The translations under genes and the position numbers were made by a program. The notes under the pieces were generated by a model. It was not told where the DNA came from and did no database searches. It saw only the letters and a list, made by a program, of their open reading frames with translations. Positions 1 through 11,466 of a stretch of DNA of 64,000 bases are shown here, piece by piece (position 1 is the first letter of the stretch; each line of letters begins with the position of its first letter). Origin of the DNA: an uncultured Acidobacteriota bacterium (lineage in GTDB: Bacteria > Acidobacteriota > UBA6911); NCBI GenBank assembly GCA_963843575.1, contig CAWJKZ010000024.1, forward strand, positions 224,001-288,000, written 5' to 3'.

Positions 1-3000
1 CGGTCGGCGGGGACGAGAACGGGAACGGGAGGATGAATCCCAGAGCCGAATTCGGGTTCGTCATCCCGAGCATGCCGCTCATCCGGCCGAACTGCGTGTC
101 GTACACGCCGCCCATCTCGTCGTGCATCGCCTTCATCTCGAAGGGGATGGTGACGGCGGGCTGGAGGTTCCAGGCGTTGGTCACGCTGTCGTAGCCGAGC
201 GGCTGGAAGTTCTTCTGCGTGTCCCCGATGTTGAGGACGTACTGGGACGCACCCGTCGGGAACGGCAGGTTGTCGTAGGCGGAGTTGTAGGCCGCCTGCG
301 GGATGATGGATGGGATCCTGGCTGACCTCGAAGACGCCGCGCTTTGTTGCTGTCTTGGCAAACACGGCCTGGAGGTTGGCTAGCGTGACGTCCGGGGTCG
401 GCGTCGTCACCGTCGTTCCCACCTGGATCTGCATGATCGTCCGGGTGTTGGGCCCGTAGCCCGGCAGCGTGTTGGGCGCGCCGCCGCTGTCCATCAGGTT
501 CCCGTCTCCGGTGTAGTTGTCGTACGGCGCGGCGCCGGCCGGGACAGGCGCCGGGGAGTCGTTGTAGAGGATCAGCGTCTTGCCTGCGTAGGCGCTGAAG
601 TCAACGATGACATCCGAGCGCTCCGCTGCCATGAGGAACAGCGAGTGCTGGTTGACGATGCCGAAATTGAAGTAGGCCGGGTCAAGGTTGTACCCGATCG
701 GCTGCTGCGGGATCACGACCGGCGCCGGCGTGAAACCGCCCTCGGTGCCGATCTGGATCCACGAGCGGTCCTGCCGTTGTCGGATCGGGAACGCCGCTCG
801 GCGTGTCGGCGTACTGGTTAGCGGCGGTGCCAAGGGCAAGACTGACCGGGACCATCCGGACCTCGGTGCAGTCCCCCACTGGGACGGCGCCGGTGCAGAG
901 AGGTGCTGGCGCCGCCGCGGTCGCCGTGGTGTCCGCCTTCTTGTCCGCAGCGACGTAGAGCTGCAGGTTCTGGGCCCGGTCGTTGGATGCGTTCAGGATG
1001 CGGAACCGATAGGCCTTTGGTTCCACCGTCAGGGATGGGTAAGCGGTTCCGTTCACGATGGGCGTGTCCAGAAAGCTCTCGCCCGGGATGGAGGGATTCG
1101 GCACGCCGGGATTAAACGGCGGTTCCCACGGCGCGGTGCACTGGGCCGGGGGGGTTGGGATCGGGATGCAATCCAGCTGCCCTGGACCGCCGCATGGTGC
1201 CGGTGTCCAGCAGTCCTGGTCGAAGTACGGGTTCGGCACGGGGCCGACATCAATGCATCCCACCGGGCCGCCGTTGACGCACGTCGGGGTGGGGGGGTTG
1301 AACCACGGCCCGTAGAACCAGCGGCCGAAGGGGTTCGTTCCGGTCGGATCCCACGGATTCGTGACCGTCATGTAGACGTGTGGGTACCAGAAATCGCCCG
1401 TGACGGCTGTCCCCGGCGCCGCCCCTGATCCCCAAGCCCACGTCGGGTCCTGGGCGTAAACCGTTTCGGCGTCCACGAACGTCTTGTCCTGGATGACCAG
1501 CGGGATGCCGATGTCAGGGAGAACCTTGAGCCCGTTGGGGTTCACGCCCGAAACGTTGCTGCCGGAGATCATGTCGGTCTCGACGGCATCCGTGATCACG
1601 TATCCCGCCGCCTCGCCGGCATACACGTTGAGGCGCGTGATGCCGTGGGCGTGATCGTGGTAGAACTGCAGGCGGGCGCTCTGGGCGTTGGTGTAGAAGA
1701 ACGTCATGCACCCGCTGCTCTTCTTGGCAGCACTGTCGCCGGGAAGCCCCGGGGCCAGAGGATTGGCGTCGCAACCTGTGCCCATGTCCGGCACGTTGCG
1801 CGCGCTGACGCCCGCCGGGTACGGTGTGACTTCACTCGCCGGCGTGATCCACTGGTGGGTGTTGCCGTCGCTGATCCACACGGTGTTGTTGCCGTGGAGG
1901 TGGATGGTCGCCCGGTTCTGCGTGTACTTGTCGTTTGCCACGCCCGGCAGCGCGGGTCCGATCCCGGAACCCGGAACCGTCTCGTCCACCGGCAGCAGGA
2001 GGTTTCCGCCGCTGGCACTGTTAGGAAGCAGGTTGTAGAACGTGATGCGAACCGGCTTCGCGGCACCCGCCGCGCCTAACCCAGCTACCTTGCCCAGGGC
2101 CACTATGGTCGGCCCAAGGTAATGGGGATTATCGATGGCAAACTTCCCACTGCCGACGTCAATGTGCTTGCTGACAAGGGGCGGATTCATGGCCGCCATT
2201 GCAGCCAGTAACCCAGGTGTCTCCAGTTGTACGTAACCGCGGAGCTTCGTCGCCGGCAGGTCCGAGTGCATCTTTTCCTCATACAGGACCAGGCCGATCG
2301 AGTAACAGTCCGCCTGCTGAGTGCTATATGTGCACGGCTCGTTAACCCCAACCGGGATGTACTGGCCCTGTATCCCAGGCTTGACCGGATCCTGGTCGAT
2401 GTTGTTGGCCCCGGCAGGTCCAAGCCCAGGAAGAGTGTCAACGAACTTGCGAATCCCGCCACCGGTAGGCGTGCCGATGATCGCGTCGCCGACGAAACCG
2501 GTGCCGTCTAGGTCAGTGATGTTAACGACTGGAGCCATGTACCCGGCGCCGAAACCGTTAATCGTGAAACCGGTAATGACCCCGCCCGTTACCTGGGCCG
2601 ACACGTCTGCCGCGGTGTAGCACGCCGGGGCAGCGGTGGGGCACTGCGGTAGATAAGCATCGTCGACAGTGACGGTAGGCGCGGTGTACCCCGTGCCTCC
2701 GTCCACGACCGTGATGGTCCCGACGGGACCCTTCGGGAGCGGACTGAACGCCCAGTTGCCGTAGGGTCCGAAATAATGCGGCACCCCGCCTGGAGCGGGG
2801 ACCTGCGCCGCCATCGGGTTTATGGCTGTCAGGGCGGCGATCCCAGGCTTCAGACCGCGCTTGGCGGCGTCCTTTGCCGCCTTCTTCTGCACGGACGGCG
2901 GGATTCTCTTGAATTTCTCCTTGTAGACTTGGTCACGTGTGACCTTGTCCTTCTTGGGCTTTTGTGCGTAGTTGACGCCGGTCGCCAGCGAAACGGCAAC

Positions 3001-3048
3001 CGCCATCATTATCAGCCGCACAAAAATCATGTATCTGCGACTAGTCAT
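1..3048 (-). CDS. Large secreted multicopper oxidase (OmpB/MofA-like); frameshift near 765, 3' end beyond window
   Basis: HLHG and FYHDH copper motifs, YRFRILNASNDR, signal peptide; AGGAGA RBS before ATG 3048; shifted frame continues WIQIGTEGGF...AERSDVIVDFS. Confidence 0.8.
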
Positions 3049-3306
3049 ACAGTGTCTCCTCAATTTGTCAACCTCGATGCAACTTCCACATTCACGCATA
3101 TGCAGCTGCATGCTTTATTCCCTTGTCCCAAAATCGCTTCCGGGAATCTGCACCCTGGAGGGGGCCAGGTAATCGTCTGGGCCGGAATGACCGGCGGCAA
3201 GCTTTGAACTCGCCCTAGGGGAGCCTGGAGGGGCTTTCATCACCATGCGATTCTCCATGAGTGGGTGTTTTATTACGGAGAGGTCAAGACAAACAATTCG
3301 TGGAGT

Positions 3307-3350
3307 TACCCATTCTTGAATGGGTATAACTACTCAGTGGGCCTTGAGTG
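3307..3350. promoter_or_regulatory. Tandem palindromic operator candidates (TACYCA-N8-TGRGTR x2)
   Basis: TACCCATTCTTGAATGGGTA is a perfect 9-bp inverted repeat; TACTCA-N8-TGAGTG starts 24 bp later; both upstream of the oxidase. Confidence 0.5.
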
Positions 3351-3443
3351 GGGATCTTTGAGATTCTTAGGGTCCTTTGAGACTTTGAGGTAAAGCTAAA
3401 ATTCGCCTCGAAGACTCTAACTAACGGCCCGTCCCTCGCGCTC

Positions 3444-3610
3444 AAGTGGGTCCGGGCTTCAGCCCGGACGCAGTTTGCGGTCGCTATGCAGGGCAGGTGG
3501 AGCTGTATGGAACGGATTTAAAGACGTCCGGGCTGAAGCCCGGACCCACTTGGTTTACGGGCAGGGCGGACGGTTAACCGTTGGACGGCCTCTGAAGCCC
3601 GGACCCACTT
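3444..3610. repeat. REP family A composite (inverted pair plus partial third unit)
   Basis: AAGTGGGTCCGGGCTTCAGCCCGGAC at 3444; reverse complement ends 3551; partial unit 3592-3610. Confidence 0.9.
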
Positions 3611-3633
3611 GGTTTTTCTAATGCGGGATTTTG

Positions 3634-5211
3634 TCAGTGGCGGGGGGTGGCGATGCCGACCGTCAGGCTGCCGTCCGCGTCGACGTCGCCGACCACGAGG
3701 TACACGTTCGCGCCGGGCGCGATCGTGACGGTGTTGGTCAGGGTCCCCATGGCGTTGTCGAGGTTGAGCGCCAGGCTCGAGTTCAGCACGACCGCGTTGA
3801 CGCGCGCGGACCGTCCCTTGGCCGTGGCGACCTCGGATTCGAGCGACGGGGCGAATTCGAACGGGGTGCCGGCCAGGCTGCCGTCGCCAAAGCCTTTCAG
3901 GACGACGCCCCGGTTGGTGAAGTCCATGCCCAGAAGCTGCAGCCTCCCGGTCCCGGTCGGGTCGGCGGCCAGCACGTAGTCGCGGTAAACGTCGAGCCAG
4001 CCCGTTTGGTACCTGAACTGGTTGCCCGACTTTCCGTACAGGAGGGTCAACACTCCGGTCCCGACGCCCGACACCGCGACGTCCATGAAACCGTCGCCGT
4101 TGAAATCGGCGGCGGCAATTGAGCGGACGCCCTTGCCGGTTTCGACCTGAAACTGCTCTTCGTAGTTCCCGTCGGCGCCGGCCATGAAGAAGCGCAGCAA
4201 CCCCTGGAACGGGACCTGCACGGCGGCGTCGGGGAGCCCGTCGTTGTTGAAATCCGCGACGGCAATCGATACCGAGAACTCGGTCGGGATCGCTGAAGGG
4301 GAGCACGTCGAAATCGCGCAAGCCCAGCTCGGCCGATTCGAACACACCGTCGCGGGGGTGGCTGACCCGCACCGATTCCAGCGTGCCTCCCTCCCCGACC
4401 CGCAGCATGTAGCTCGGCCGGACCGTCACGGTCCCACCCGGCCCCGTGGCTGCGACCTGGGGAGTGGCCGTTTCCGTGGTGGCAGTCTCCTTTGCGGCGG
4501 TTTCGGTCGCCTCGGTCGTCTTGGTCTCGGTGGTCTTGGTTTCCGTCGTGGTCTCGGTCGCAGGGCGAAGCGTCGCCCAGCGACTCGCGCGCGCGCCGGA
4601 ACGGGTTTTCGTCCTGCTCTTCGGCCGGTTCCGAAATCCCCGTCGATTCCACCCGGCCTTTCGCCGAACATGTGCGAGAAGAAGTTCCCGAACGAACCCC
4701 CGATGCCGGACTGCATCATCCGCAGGATTTCCTTGTCGGAGTAGCCCGACGTGCGCAGGGACGGGGCAGGGGGGCCGAATACGGGGATGTTTCCGTTCAT
4801 GCGCCTGATCGAGAGCTCGCCCTCGGCGTTACCCAAGGCCATGGCGTAGAGGAAGGGGTCTCCCTGCGCCGTCAGCATCGCTCGGCTGACCGCGGCCTCG
4901 AAGGGATCCTCGACCGGGGATTCGGCGACCTCGCCGAAACGCGGATTGCGGACGGGTTTGAGCGCGTCGTAAATCCCGGGCTGCTGGTCGGGCAGGGCCG
5001 CCCGGGGCGCGAGCGCCAAGTCCTCCGCGCCGGCCTGAAGCGGTTGTGGCTCGACCGGGGATACCGTCAAGTGGTAGCAGAAGATGGCGAGTGCCGGGGC
5101 CAGAACGAATGCAGCCAGGATGAGGGCGGAGGGACGCAGACGTGTATTGAGAAACCGAGGAGCAGACGCCAGCTTCGGTCGGAAGCGTGCCGAATTCAAA
5201 ACGAACTCCAA
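3634..5211 (-). CDS. Membrane-anchored protein with Thr/Glu-rich linker and FG-GAP/VCBS repeats (several frameshifts)
   Basis: N-terminal hydrophobic segment; ATETTTETKTTETKTT linker; VADFNNDGLPD, ADFNGDGFMD and GDVDADG motifs. Confidence 0.65.
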
Positions 5212-5336
5212 TACTTCCCTGACTTGTGCGCCGCCAACGTTCTACGATGATGCAAAAGGCCTAAACCCGATGGCCTAGTTTATATGACTAATCGAGAGCC
5301 CGTGTAAAGCAATTTTTCCAACAATTTACCAACATC

Positions 5337-5819
5337 CTACCGGTTGCGGCTCCCCTCGAGTTCGAGGGCCCGGCGCCAGCTCTCGATGGCGCGGTCGCTG
5401 TCGCCGGCGAGACGGTAGAGCCGCGCCTTGGTGGCCAGGATCTTGGCCCGGTTGGCGTTGAGCTCCGTGTTTTTGAGGGCCTCGTCCAGGAGTGTCTGGC
5501 CGAGGTCGAACCGGCGGATTTCCGCGAACTTGTCGGTGATGATGCTCAGGCTCTGCGCGACAAGGCTCTCGTACTCGGGTGGGAAGCGGAGCTGGATGAT
5601 CTGGCGGGCCTCCGCCATCGCCTTGTCCAGGTCGCCCTTCTTTATGTAGAGCTCGGCCAGGTCGTGGTGGGCCTCGGCGAGGTCGAATTTCTGAGCCAGT
5701 TCCGGGCTGCGTGTCTGCGGCTGCGCCTGGCCGGAACCCACGACAGGGGCGCAGGCGAGCAGCAGGGCGAGAAGCGGGAGCTTCAGCGCCCTTGGGCCCA
5801 ATGCGAGGTCAAGAATCAT
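5337..5819 (-). CDS. Secreted TPR protein
   Basis: Signal peptide; TPR-like helices (LAELYIKKGDLDKA, ARLYRLAGDSDRAIESWRRAL). Confidence 0.75.
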   Translation of the reverse strand: MILDLALGPRALKLPLLALLLACAPVVGSGQAQPQTRSPELAQKFDLAEAHHDLAELYIKKGDLDKAMAEARQIIQLRFPPEYESLVAQSLSIITDKFAEIRRFDLGQTLLDEALKNTELNANRAKILATKARLYRLAGDSDRAIESWRRALELEGSRNR

Positions 5820-5852
5820 ACGGACTGCTCCCTGGCGGGGATGCGCTCCCCG

Positions 5853-6368
5853 CTACCGGTCGGCGAATGGATTTCCCTTGCCCTGAATCAGGGTAGATTG
5901 ATATCTCGTAAAAGGATTGCTGTAATCCTGTCCCAGGCTGCGGAACGGGTTCCCCGCTTCCTTGAGGCGGGCCTGCTCGACCGCGCCGTACTGCGCGATG
6001 GCGGTCAGCTCACTCTGCCGGGCCGCGTCCCTGTACTGGCGGACTCCCACGGTCAAGGCGAGGAGCATGAACAGCGACAGGCTGACGCCGACGGCGAACT
6101 GCCGCGGCCTGGACAACACTCCGAACCAGCCGGGGGCCGGCCGCGGCTCCTCGAGCCTCGCCCGGATCCGGAACCACTGCGCGGCGGGCACGTCGATCTC
6201 GAGCCCCGTCGAGCGGAACAGGAGGTCGACCGACCGCCACCGGGCGAGTTCGTCCCGGCAGCCCGCGCACGTCTCCAGGTGCCCGCGGATCTCCTCGAAG
6301 CGCGCGTCGGCGCGGTCGCCGTCGAGGTAAGGGCCGAAATCTGCGGGATGGTCTGTTCTCGCGTTCAT
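5853..6368 (-). CDS. Zinc-finger (zf-HC2) anti-sigma factor
   Basis: HLETCAGC motif, one TM helix, overlaps the ECF stop. Confidence 0.85.
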   Translation of the reverse strand: MNARTDHPADFGPYLDGDRADARFEEIRGHLETCAGCRDELARWRSVDLLFRSTGLEIDVPAAQWFRIRARLEEPRPAPGWFGVLSRPRQFAVGVSLSLFMLLALTVGVRQYRDAARQSELTAIAQYGAVEQARLKEAGNPFRSLGQDYSNPFTRYQSTLIQGKGNPFADR

Positions 6369-6946
6369 CTTCGGATTTCCAGGTATTGCCCCAGGGACTT
6401 GCGCGCGAAAGAACGGGCACGGAATATGTCCGTCTTGACCGACAGGAGCGAACGTCCCACGATGTCGGAAATCTCGGCGTAACTCTTTTCGTGAATCACG
6501 GCCAGCACGAATACCTCGCGAAGCTTCGGCGGGAGCGAACCGAGCACCACCCTGATCCGCGCCCCCAGTTCCTCCTGAAGAACCACATCCTGCGGGGTCG
6601 GCCGGCCGTCGGCCGGTTCGAACTCCGCCTGCTCCCTGCCGTCGCCCCCCACCGCTGGCGGCTGCCGGGGAGGCTCGCTCCGCTTTTTGCGGAACGTCTG
6701 ATAAACCTCGTTTCTGGCGATGCGGTAGAGCCAGGATTCGAACCGCCCGGGATCCTGCAGCCTCGGGAGTTCGTGAAAGGCCCTCAGGAAAACGTTCTGC
6801 GCCAGATCTTCCGCGTCTTCCCGGCTATCTACCATCCGGTAGATGAAATTCAATATGCGCCGGCCGTACTCCTGGTGGACCTGCCGGAAGGCTTCCACCT
6901 CGCCGGCCTTGGCTCTCTGGATGAGTTCAGCCTGTTCGCTCTTCAA
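6365..6946 (-). CDS. ECF RNA polymerase sigma factor
   Basis: AEDLAQNVF, FESWLYRIARN, region 4 SYAEISDIVG; start uncertain (TTG 6946 chosen, ORF open to 7054). Confidence 0.9.
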   Translation of the reverse strand: MKSEQAELIQRAKAGEVEAFRQVHQEYGRRILNFIYRMVDSREDAEDLAQNVFLRAFHELPRLQDPGRFESWLYRIARNEVYQTFRKKRSEPPRQPPAVGGDGREQAEFEPADGRPTPQDVVLQEELGARIRVVLGSLPPKLREVFVLAVIHEKSYAEISDIVGRSLLSVKTDIFRARSFARKSLGQYLEIRR

Positions 6947-7141
6947 AAATCGTATCTCGAGGGTGAAAGGCTTTCCGTCGCAGAGCCGACTGCCAAGATG
7001 ATCCGAGACGGAAAAAGTTGCAAAAAAAAGCTTGACTCGCCGCGGATTATGCAACCTTGCGGCCCCGCATGCCGTCCTGTATAGTCACATGGCTGCAGAC
7101 GCCGCCAGGGTCTTTCGCGCACCCTTCAAGGAGTCGTTTTC

Positions 7142-8348
7142 ATGTCTCTCCCCAACCAGGACCGCCGTTCCCGCACCGGGCGGGCAGTCTGCCTGCTGGT
7201 TCGCAACCTTATAATGGCCACGTCTGTTTTCGTCCTCTGGGCCGCCCCCATTATCGGCATGGACCAGGACGCTGTCCAGAGCACGGCACAGCCGGCCGAC
7301 CCGGAGGCGCAGGTGCGGGCACGGATCACGGCCTACTGGGAAGCCATGCAGCGGGAGGACTACCGGGCGGCCGCGCAGTTCGTCCACCCGGCCTCCCGCG
7401 ACCTTTTCGAACACAGGGTCCCCAAGTCCCGGATCGACCGGTGGAGCATCCAGAAGCTCCAGTTCAACGACGAGCGCACCGTGTGCGACGCTACCATCCT
7501 CGTTTCGAAACCCGTAGCCATTTTCGAATCCAACGTCGTCGACTGGCCCTTGAAAAACCAGTGGGTGCTGTTCGAGGGGGACTGGTACTTCAAGATCCCC
7601 TGGGACAGCAAGACGAACCCGGCGCTCGAGTTGTTCCGCGCCCAGCAGGACACGGCCGCGAAAACGACCGAGATCCGCGAAGCCAGGCCGAGCACCGCCG
7701 CGCCGTCGGCCGAAGCGATCGAGCGGCTCGCCGCCACCCGGTTTTTCACGCCCGGACCCGGCCAACCCCTCGGTCGTCCACAACGGGCAGAAAAGCGTGT
7801 TCCGCTATCACTACACCAACGCCAAGGCCACGGCGACGCGCATCGTCTCGGTCCACTCCGACTGCCACTGCACCAGTGTCAAGCAGGAGTACCCGGAGAT
7901 CGCTCCGGGCGCGGAGGGGACAGTGGAGGTGACGCTGGACACCTTCGGGCTGCCGCTGGGATCTGTCCAGAAGGAAGTGTATGTCACGTTCGCCGACCAG
8001 GCGGATCCCCAGGTGATCCGGATCTCGGTCAAGAACCAGCCCAATTTCGCCGTCAGCCCCGCCCGGGTCAACTTCGGGCTGGTGGCGCGCGGCAAACCAG
8101 CCGAGGCGTCGCTCCGGATCGTCAACCAGAGCGGCCAGCCCGTGAAGCTGCTGTCGCACCTCAAATCCGACCCGAAGCTCCAGGTCGTCGTGGACAAGCC
8201 CGCCCTCGAACCGGGCGAGACGGCGACCGTGACGCTCCGCTACGACGCCTCCTCCGCCGGCGAGTTCCTTGACAGCCTCATGCTTCAGACGGACCTCGCG
8301 GCGGAACCCCTGATCACGGTGGCCGTCCGCGGCGAAGTCGCCCGCTGA
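7142..8348 (+). CDS. Exported protein with DUF1573-like Ig domains (frameshift near 7750)
   Basis: RIVSVHSDCHCT...EIAPG motif, second Ig-like domain LEPGETATVTL; two ORFs join in one shift. Confidence 0.65.
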
Positions 8349-8360
8349 GGCTCGGAGAGA

Positions 8361-8452
8361 AGAACGCGGATTTCAGGGATCTAACGGATTCACGCGGCCT
8401 GCCACCCATGCCTTTATCTTCGTTCCGCGTGGATCCGCGGCCATCCGCGTCC
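8361..8452. repeat. Repeat family C (CGCGGAT/ATCCGCG arrays)
   Basis: 8361-8397 is a near reverse complement of 40845-40881. Confidence 0.7.
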
Positions 8453-8581
8453 GCAAAAGCAGGTTCTTTTTTTAATCAAATAGCTTTTTCCCCGCAACTT
8501 TTTGCCGATTTGTGCATCTGTGACCGTGTTGTTTGAGGTTCCCGTACGTGGGGACCCCCAGGACGACGTCCCTGAAATCAG

Positions 8582-8610
8582 TTGACATTCCCCGCGCTGG
8601 CTGTTAGGGT
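8582..8610 (+). promoter_or_regulatory. Sigma70-type promoter of the S-layer-like gene
   Basis: TTGACA-17 nt-TAGGGT with extended -10 TG. Confidence 0.65.
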
Positions 8611-8800
8611 TGCGCCGCCAGTATGGGTAAGTCGTACGTTGTAGCATGTCCCTTCGAGAAGGGGTGTGCCGGCTTGTTTGCCGTTCGCCCTACAACGCGC
8701 CTTAGCTCGAAATTACTTGGACCTCTAGATGAACCTATCGGACGCACGAAAGTCTGGTAGTCGTTACCCAATGCTCACCATTTACTTACGGAGAAAGCGT

Positions 8801-10516
8801 ATGACTTTGTTGAAAGCTAGCAGAATGCCCTTGCTGGCGGGATTGCTATGTCTCCTGCTGCTGGGCTTCGCTGGAGCTTCCTACGGCGCGGTTCGCTTCG
8901 ACGTTGTATCGTCGCCGACTGAAGTGATCAATACCGGCCGCTCGGAAGTCACGGGTTCCGTGAACCTGATCGTTCGCGGGGCTGGCAACGTGACGGGCAC
9001 CTCCCTGGGCGGCAACACCCAGATCGGGTTTATTTACACGAACCCGGCCATGCAGATCGACAACACGACGACGTCCGGGATCAAGCTGGTCTACAGCGCC
9101 GGATTTACGTCCGCCAGCCCGCACTTCGCGCCTGTCGCGGTTGAGAACTTCGACTTGAACGGCCGCTGCTCGGGCCGTATCACGATCGTTCTTGCCGCCG
9201 GTGCGCAGCCGGTCGAAGGCGACTTCATCCGTGTCGAGGGTGTGCGTGGCAGAATCGATGCCAGCCTTGCCGTGACCCCGGGGACCGACCTCTACGTTGA
9301 CCTGCAGTCGATCAACGACCCGACCTCGGCCAACTTCACCCCGGACCGCGTCCGCGTGGCGAAGTCCCTGGACGGCATGAACGTGGCGATCTCGCCCGAT
9401 ACCCTGTTGCTCTGCTTCCCGACCACCGGCAGACCGCCGTCAGGCACCGAGAAGCCCAGCTACTACATCAGGATCACCGAGGGCTTCGCCCGCGCGTTCG
9501 TGGATCAGGATGCCAACAACGACGGCTCCTTGGCCACCGACCGCGTCGACTCCGGCAACGGCCTGATCGGCGTTACCACCGCTCCGGGCGCCCTGGGTGC
9601 ACCGAACAACTCGACCCAGTTCCTCGTCTGGTTGGAATCCATCCCGACCAGCGTGGACGACATCGAGTGGCAGGCTTCCGTAGGAACCGACTCCTCGACC
9701 GGCGCCAGCCTCGTTCTGGTTGAGGACAGCGCCACCTTCTCCTCGACTCTCGGTGTGGCCACCGCCCTCTATTCTTATGAGAGCGTCAACCAGACCGACG
9801 TCAGCGATATCGCGGTTGAGGTCTTTACGCTCATGCCGACGATCATCCTGAAGAGCACCACGGCGACCACGACCGGAACGATTATGGCCGGCGTGAGCCT
9901 GGCTCCTGCGGTCGATGCACTCTCCGGCTGCCCGGTCCCGACCGGTTCGTCCACGATCGGCCGTCCTCGCTTCCTGAGAATGTTCGAGTCCGACGCGGTT
10001 GCCACCAACAACCCGCCGGATGACCCGCTGAAGCCCTATGCTCAGGTCATTCGCTGCAACTGCTACATGCTGTTCACCTATGTCACTGCGACCGCCGACT
10101 TCAACACCGGCATCGCGGTGGCCAACACCACTGGTGACACGGCTCCGTTCGGCGTGAACGAGGCTCCGGATCAGCTTGGTAAGATCACCTTCTACTTCTA
10201 CGATCGTACCGCCGGCTACGTGGGGACGACCGAGACCGCCGCTGATATTCAGACCGGCCGTAGCTATGTTGATCTGGTTTCCAACATCCTGCCGACTGGT
10301 GTGACCAGCTTCTCCGGTTACATCATCGCCAAGGCGGACTTCCAGTTCTGCCACGCCTTCGCCTTCATCGCGGACACCGGGTTCGCTTCGATCGCGCACG
10401 GCTACGTGGCGAACATCATTCCTGACCCGGCGATCAAGAACATCAACGATCGCAGGGCTCCCGCCGCGGCTGCGGACGTGTTCAACATTCCTGCGGGTGA
10501 AAGCCTGAACAACTAG
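8801..10516 (+). CDS. Secreted 571-aa putative S-layer / major surface protein
   Basis: GGAGA RBS, signal peptide, T/S/A/G/V-rich and acidic, frequent GGT/GCT/CGT/GTT codons, own promoter and terminator; function is inferred. Confidence 0.6.
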   Translation: MTLLKASRMPLLAGLLCLLLLGFAGASYGAVRFDVVSSPTEVINTGRSEVTGSVNLIVRGAGNVTGTSLGGNTQIGFIYTNPAMQIDNTTTSGIKLVYSAGFTSASPHFAPVAVENFDLNGRCSGRITIVLAAGAQPVEGDFIRVEGVRGRIDASLAVTPGTDLYVDLQSINDPTSANFTPDRVRVAKSLDGMNVAISPDTLLLCFPTTGRPPSGTEKPSYYIRITEGFARAFVDQDANNDGSLATDRVDSGNGLIGVTTAPGALGAPNNSTQFLVWLESIPTSVDDIEWQASVGTDSSTGASLVLVEDSATFSSTLGVATALYSYESVNQTDVSDIAVEVFTLMPTIILKSTTATTTGTIMAGVSLAPAVDALSGCPVPTGSSTIGRPRFLRMFESDAVATNNPPDDPLKPYAQVIRCNCYMLFTYVTATADFNTGIAVANTTGDTAPFGVNEAPDQLGKITFYFYDRTAGYVGTTETAADIQTGRSYVDLVSNILPTGVTSFSGYIIAKADFQFCHAFAFIADTGFASIAHGYVANIIPDPAIKNINDRRAPAAAADVFNIPAGESLNN

Positions 10517-10538
10517 GCTTATCCCACACGGGATCAAT

Positions 10539-10577
10539 AAAGGGGGTAGCTCCCTCACCGGGGGCTACCCCCTTTTT
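10539..10577 (+). terminator. Rho-independent terminator
   Basis: AGGGGGTAGCTCC...GGGGCTACCCCCTTTTT. Confidence 0.9.
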
Positions 10578-10609
10578 GTGTGTCGCAATAAGCAGGCGCC
10601 AAATAAAGC

Positions 10610-10697
10610 AAGTGGGTCCGGGCTTCAGCCCGGACGCCTTTTGCACTTGTACATAGTGCAAGTCAAACTACGTCCGGGCTGAAGCCCGGACCCACTT
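10610..10697. repeat. REP family A inverted pair
   Basis: Two inverted REP-A units; spacer contains TTGCACT...AGTGCAA. Confidence 0.9.
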
Positions 10698-10740
10698 GGG
10701 AGGCGGCGCCGCACTCCAATTTCTGCTATCATCCCCTGCC

Positions 10741-11466
10741 GTGTACAAGAGCCGCCCCATCACCGTCGTCATCCCGTGCCTGAACGAGGAGAAAGGCATC
10801 GTCGAGGTACTCTCCCGCATGCCCTCGTTCGTCGACGAGGTCATCGTCGTCGACAACAACTCGACCGACCGCACCCCCGAGCTCGCCCGCCGACACGGAG
10901 CGCGCGTGATCCACGAGAAGGTCCGGGGATACGGCCGCGCTTACAAGACCGGCCTCCTCGAAGCTCAAGGGGACATCGTCGTCACGCTCGACGGCGATCA
11001 CTCCTACCCGGTGGACGCTATTTCCTATCTCCTGGAAATCTTCCTCCGCTCCGAGGTCCGCTTCGTGTCGGCCTCGCGGTTCCCTCTGAAGAACCGGCGC
11101 GCGATGTCGGCGAAGCACTGGCTGGGCAACCGGCTCCTGAGCCTGGCGATGTCGGTCCTCTATTTCCGCTGGGTCCGCGACTCCCAGTCCGGCATGTGGG
11201 TGTTCGAGCGGGACAGCCTCTCCCGGATGCACCTCGAGAGTGACGGCATGGCCTTCAGCGAGGAGATCAAGATCGAGGCCATCCGCAACCGGCACATCGG
11301 GTTCAAGGAGATCTACATCGACTATTCCAACCGCATGGGCGAGATCAAGCTGCAGCCGTGGCGCGACGGCTGCCGCAACCTCGCGTTCCTGGTAAAGAAG
11401 CGGTTTGGGTGGCGGCGACGGCGCGACGCGGCGCCGCTCGTGCAGAAATCGGAGACCCCGCGGTGA
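10741..11466 (+). CDS. GT2 glycosyltransferase, polyprenol-phosphate sugar synthase-like
   Basis: VVIPCLNEE, VDNNSTD, GYGRA, LDGD, DSQSG. Confidence 0.9.
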   Translation: MYKSRPITVVIPCLNEEKGIVEVLSRMPSFVDEVIVVDNNSTDRTPELARRHGARVIHEKVRGYGRAYKTGLLEAQGDIVVTLDGDHSYPVDAISYLLEIFLRSEVRFVSASRFPLKNRRAMSAKHWLGNRLLSLAMSVLYFRWVRDSQSGMWVFERDSLSRMHLESDGMAFSEEIKIEAIRNRHIGFKEIYIDYSNRMGEIKLQPWRDGCRNLAFLVKKRFGWRRRRDAAPLVQKSETPR

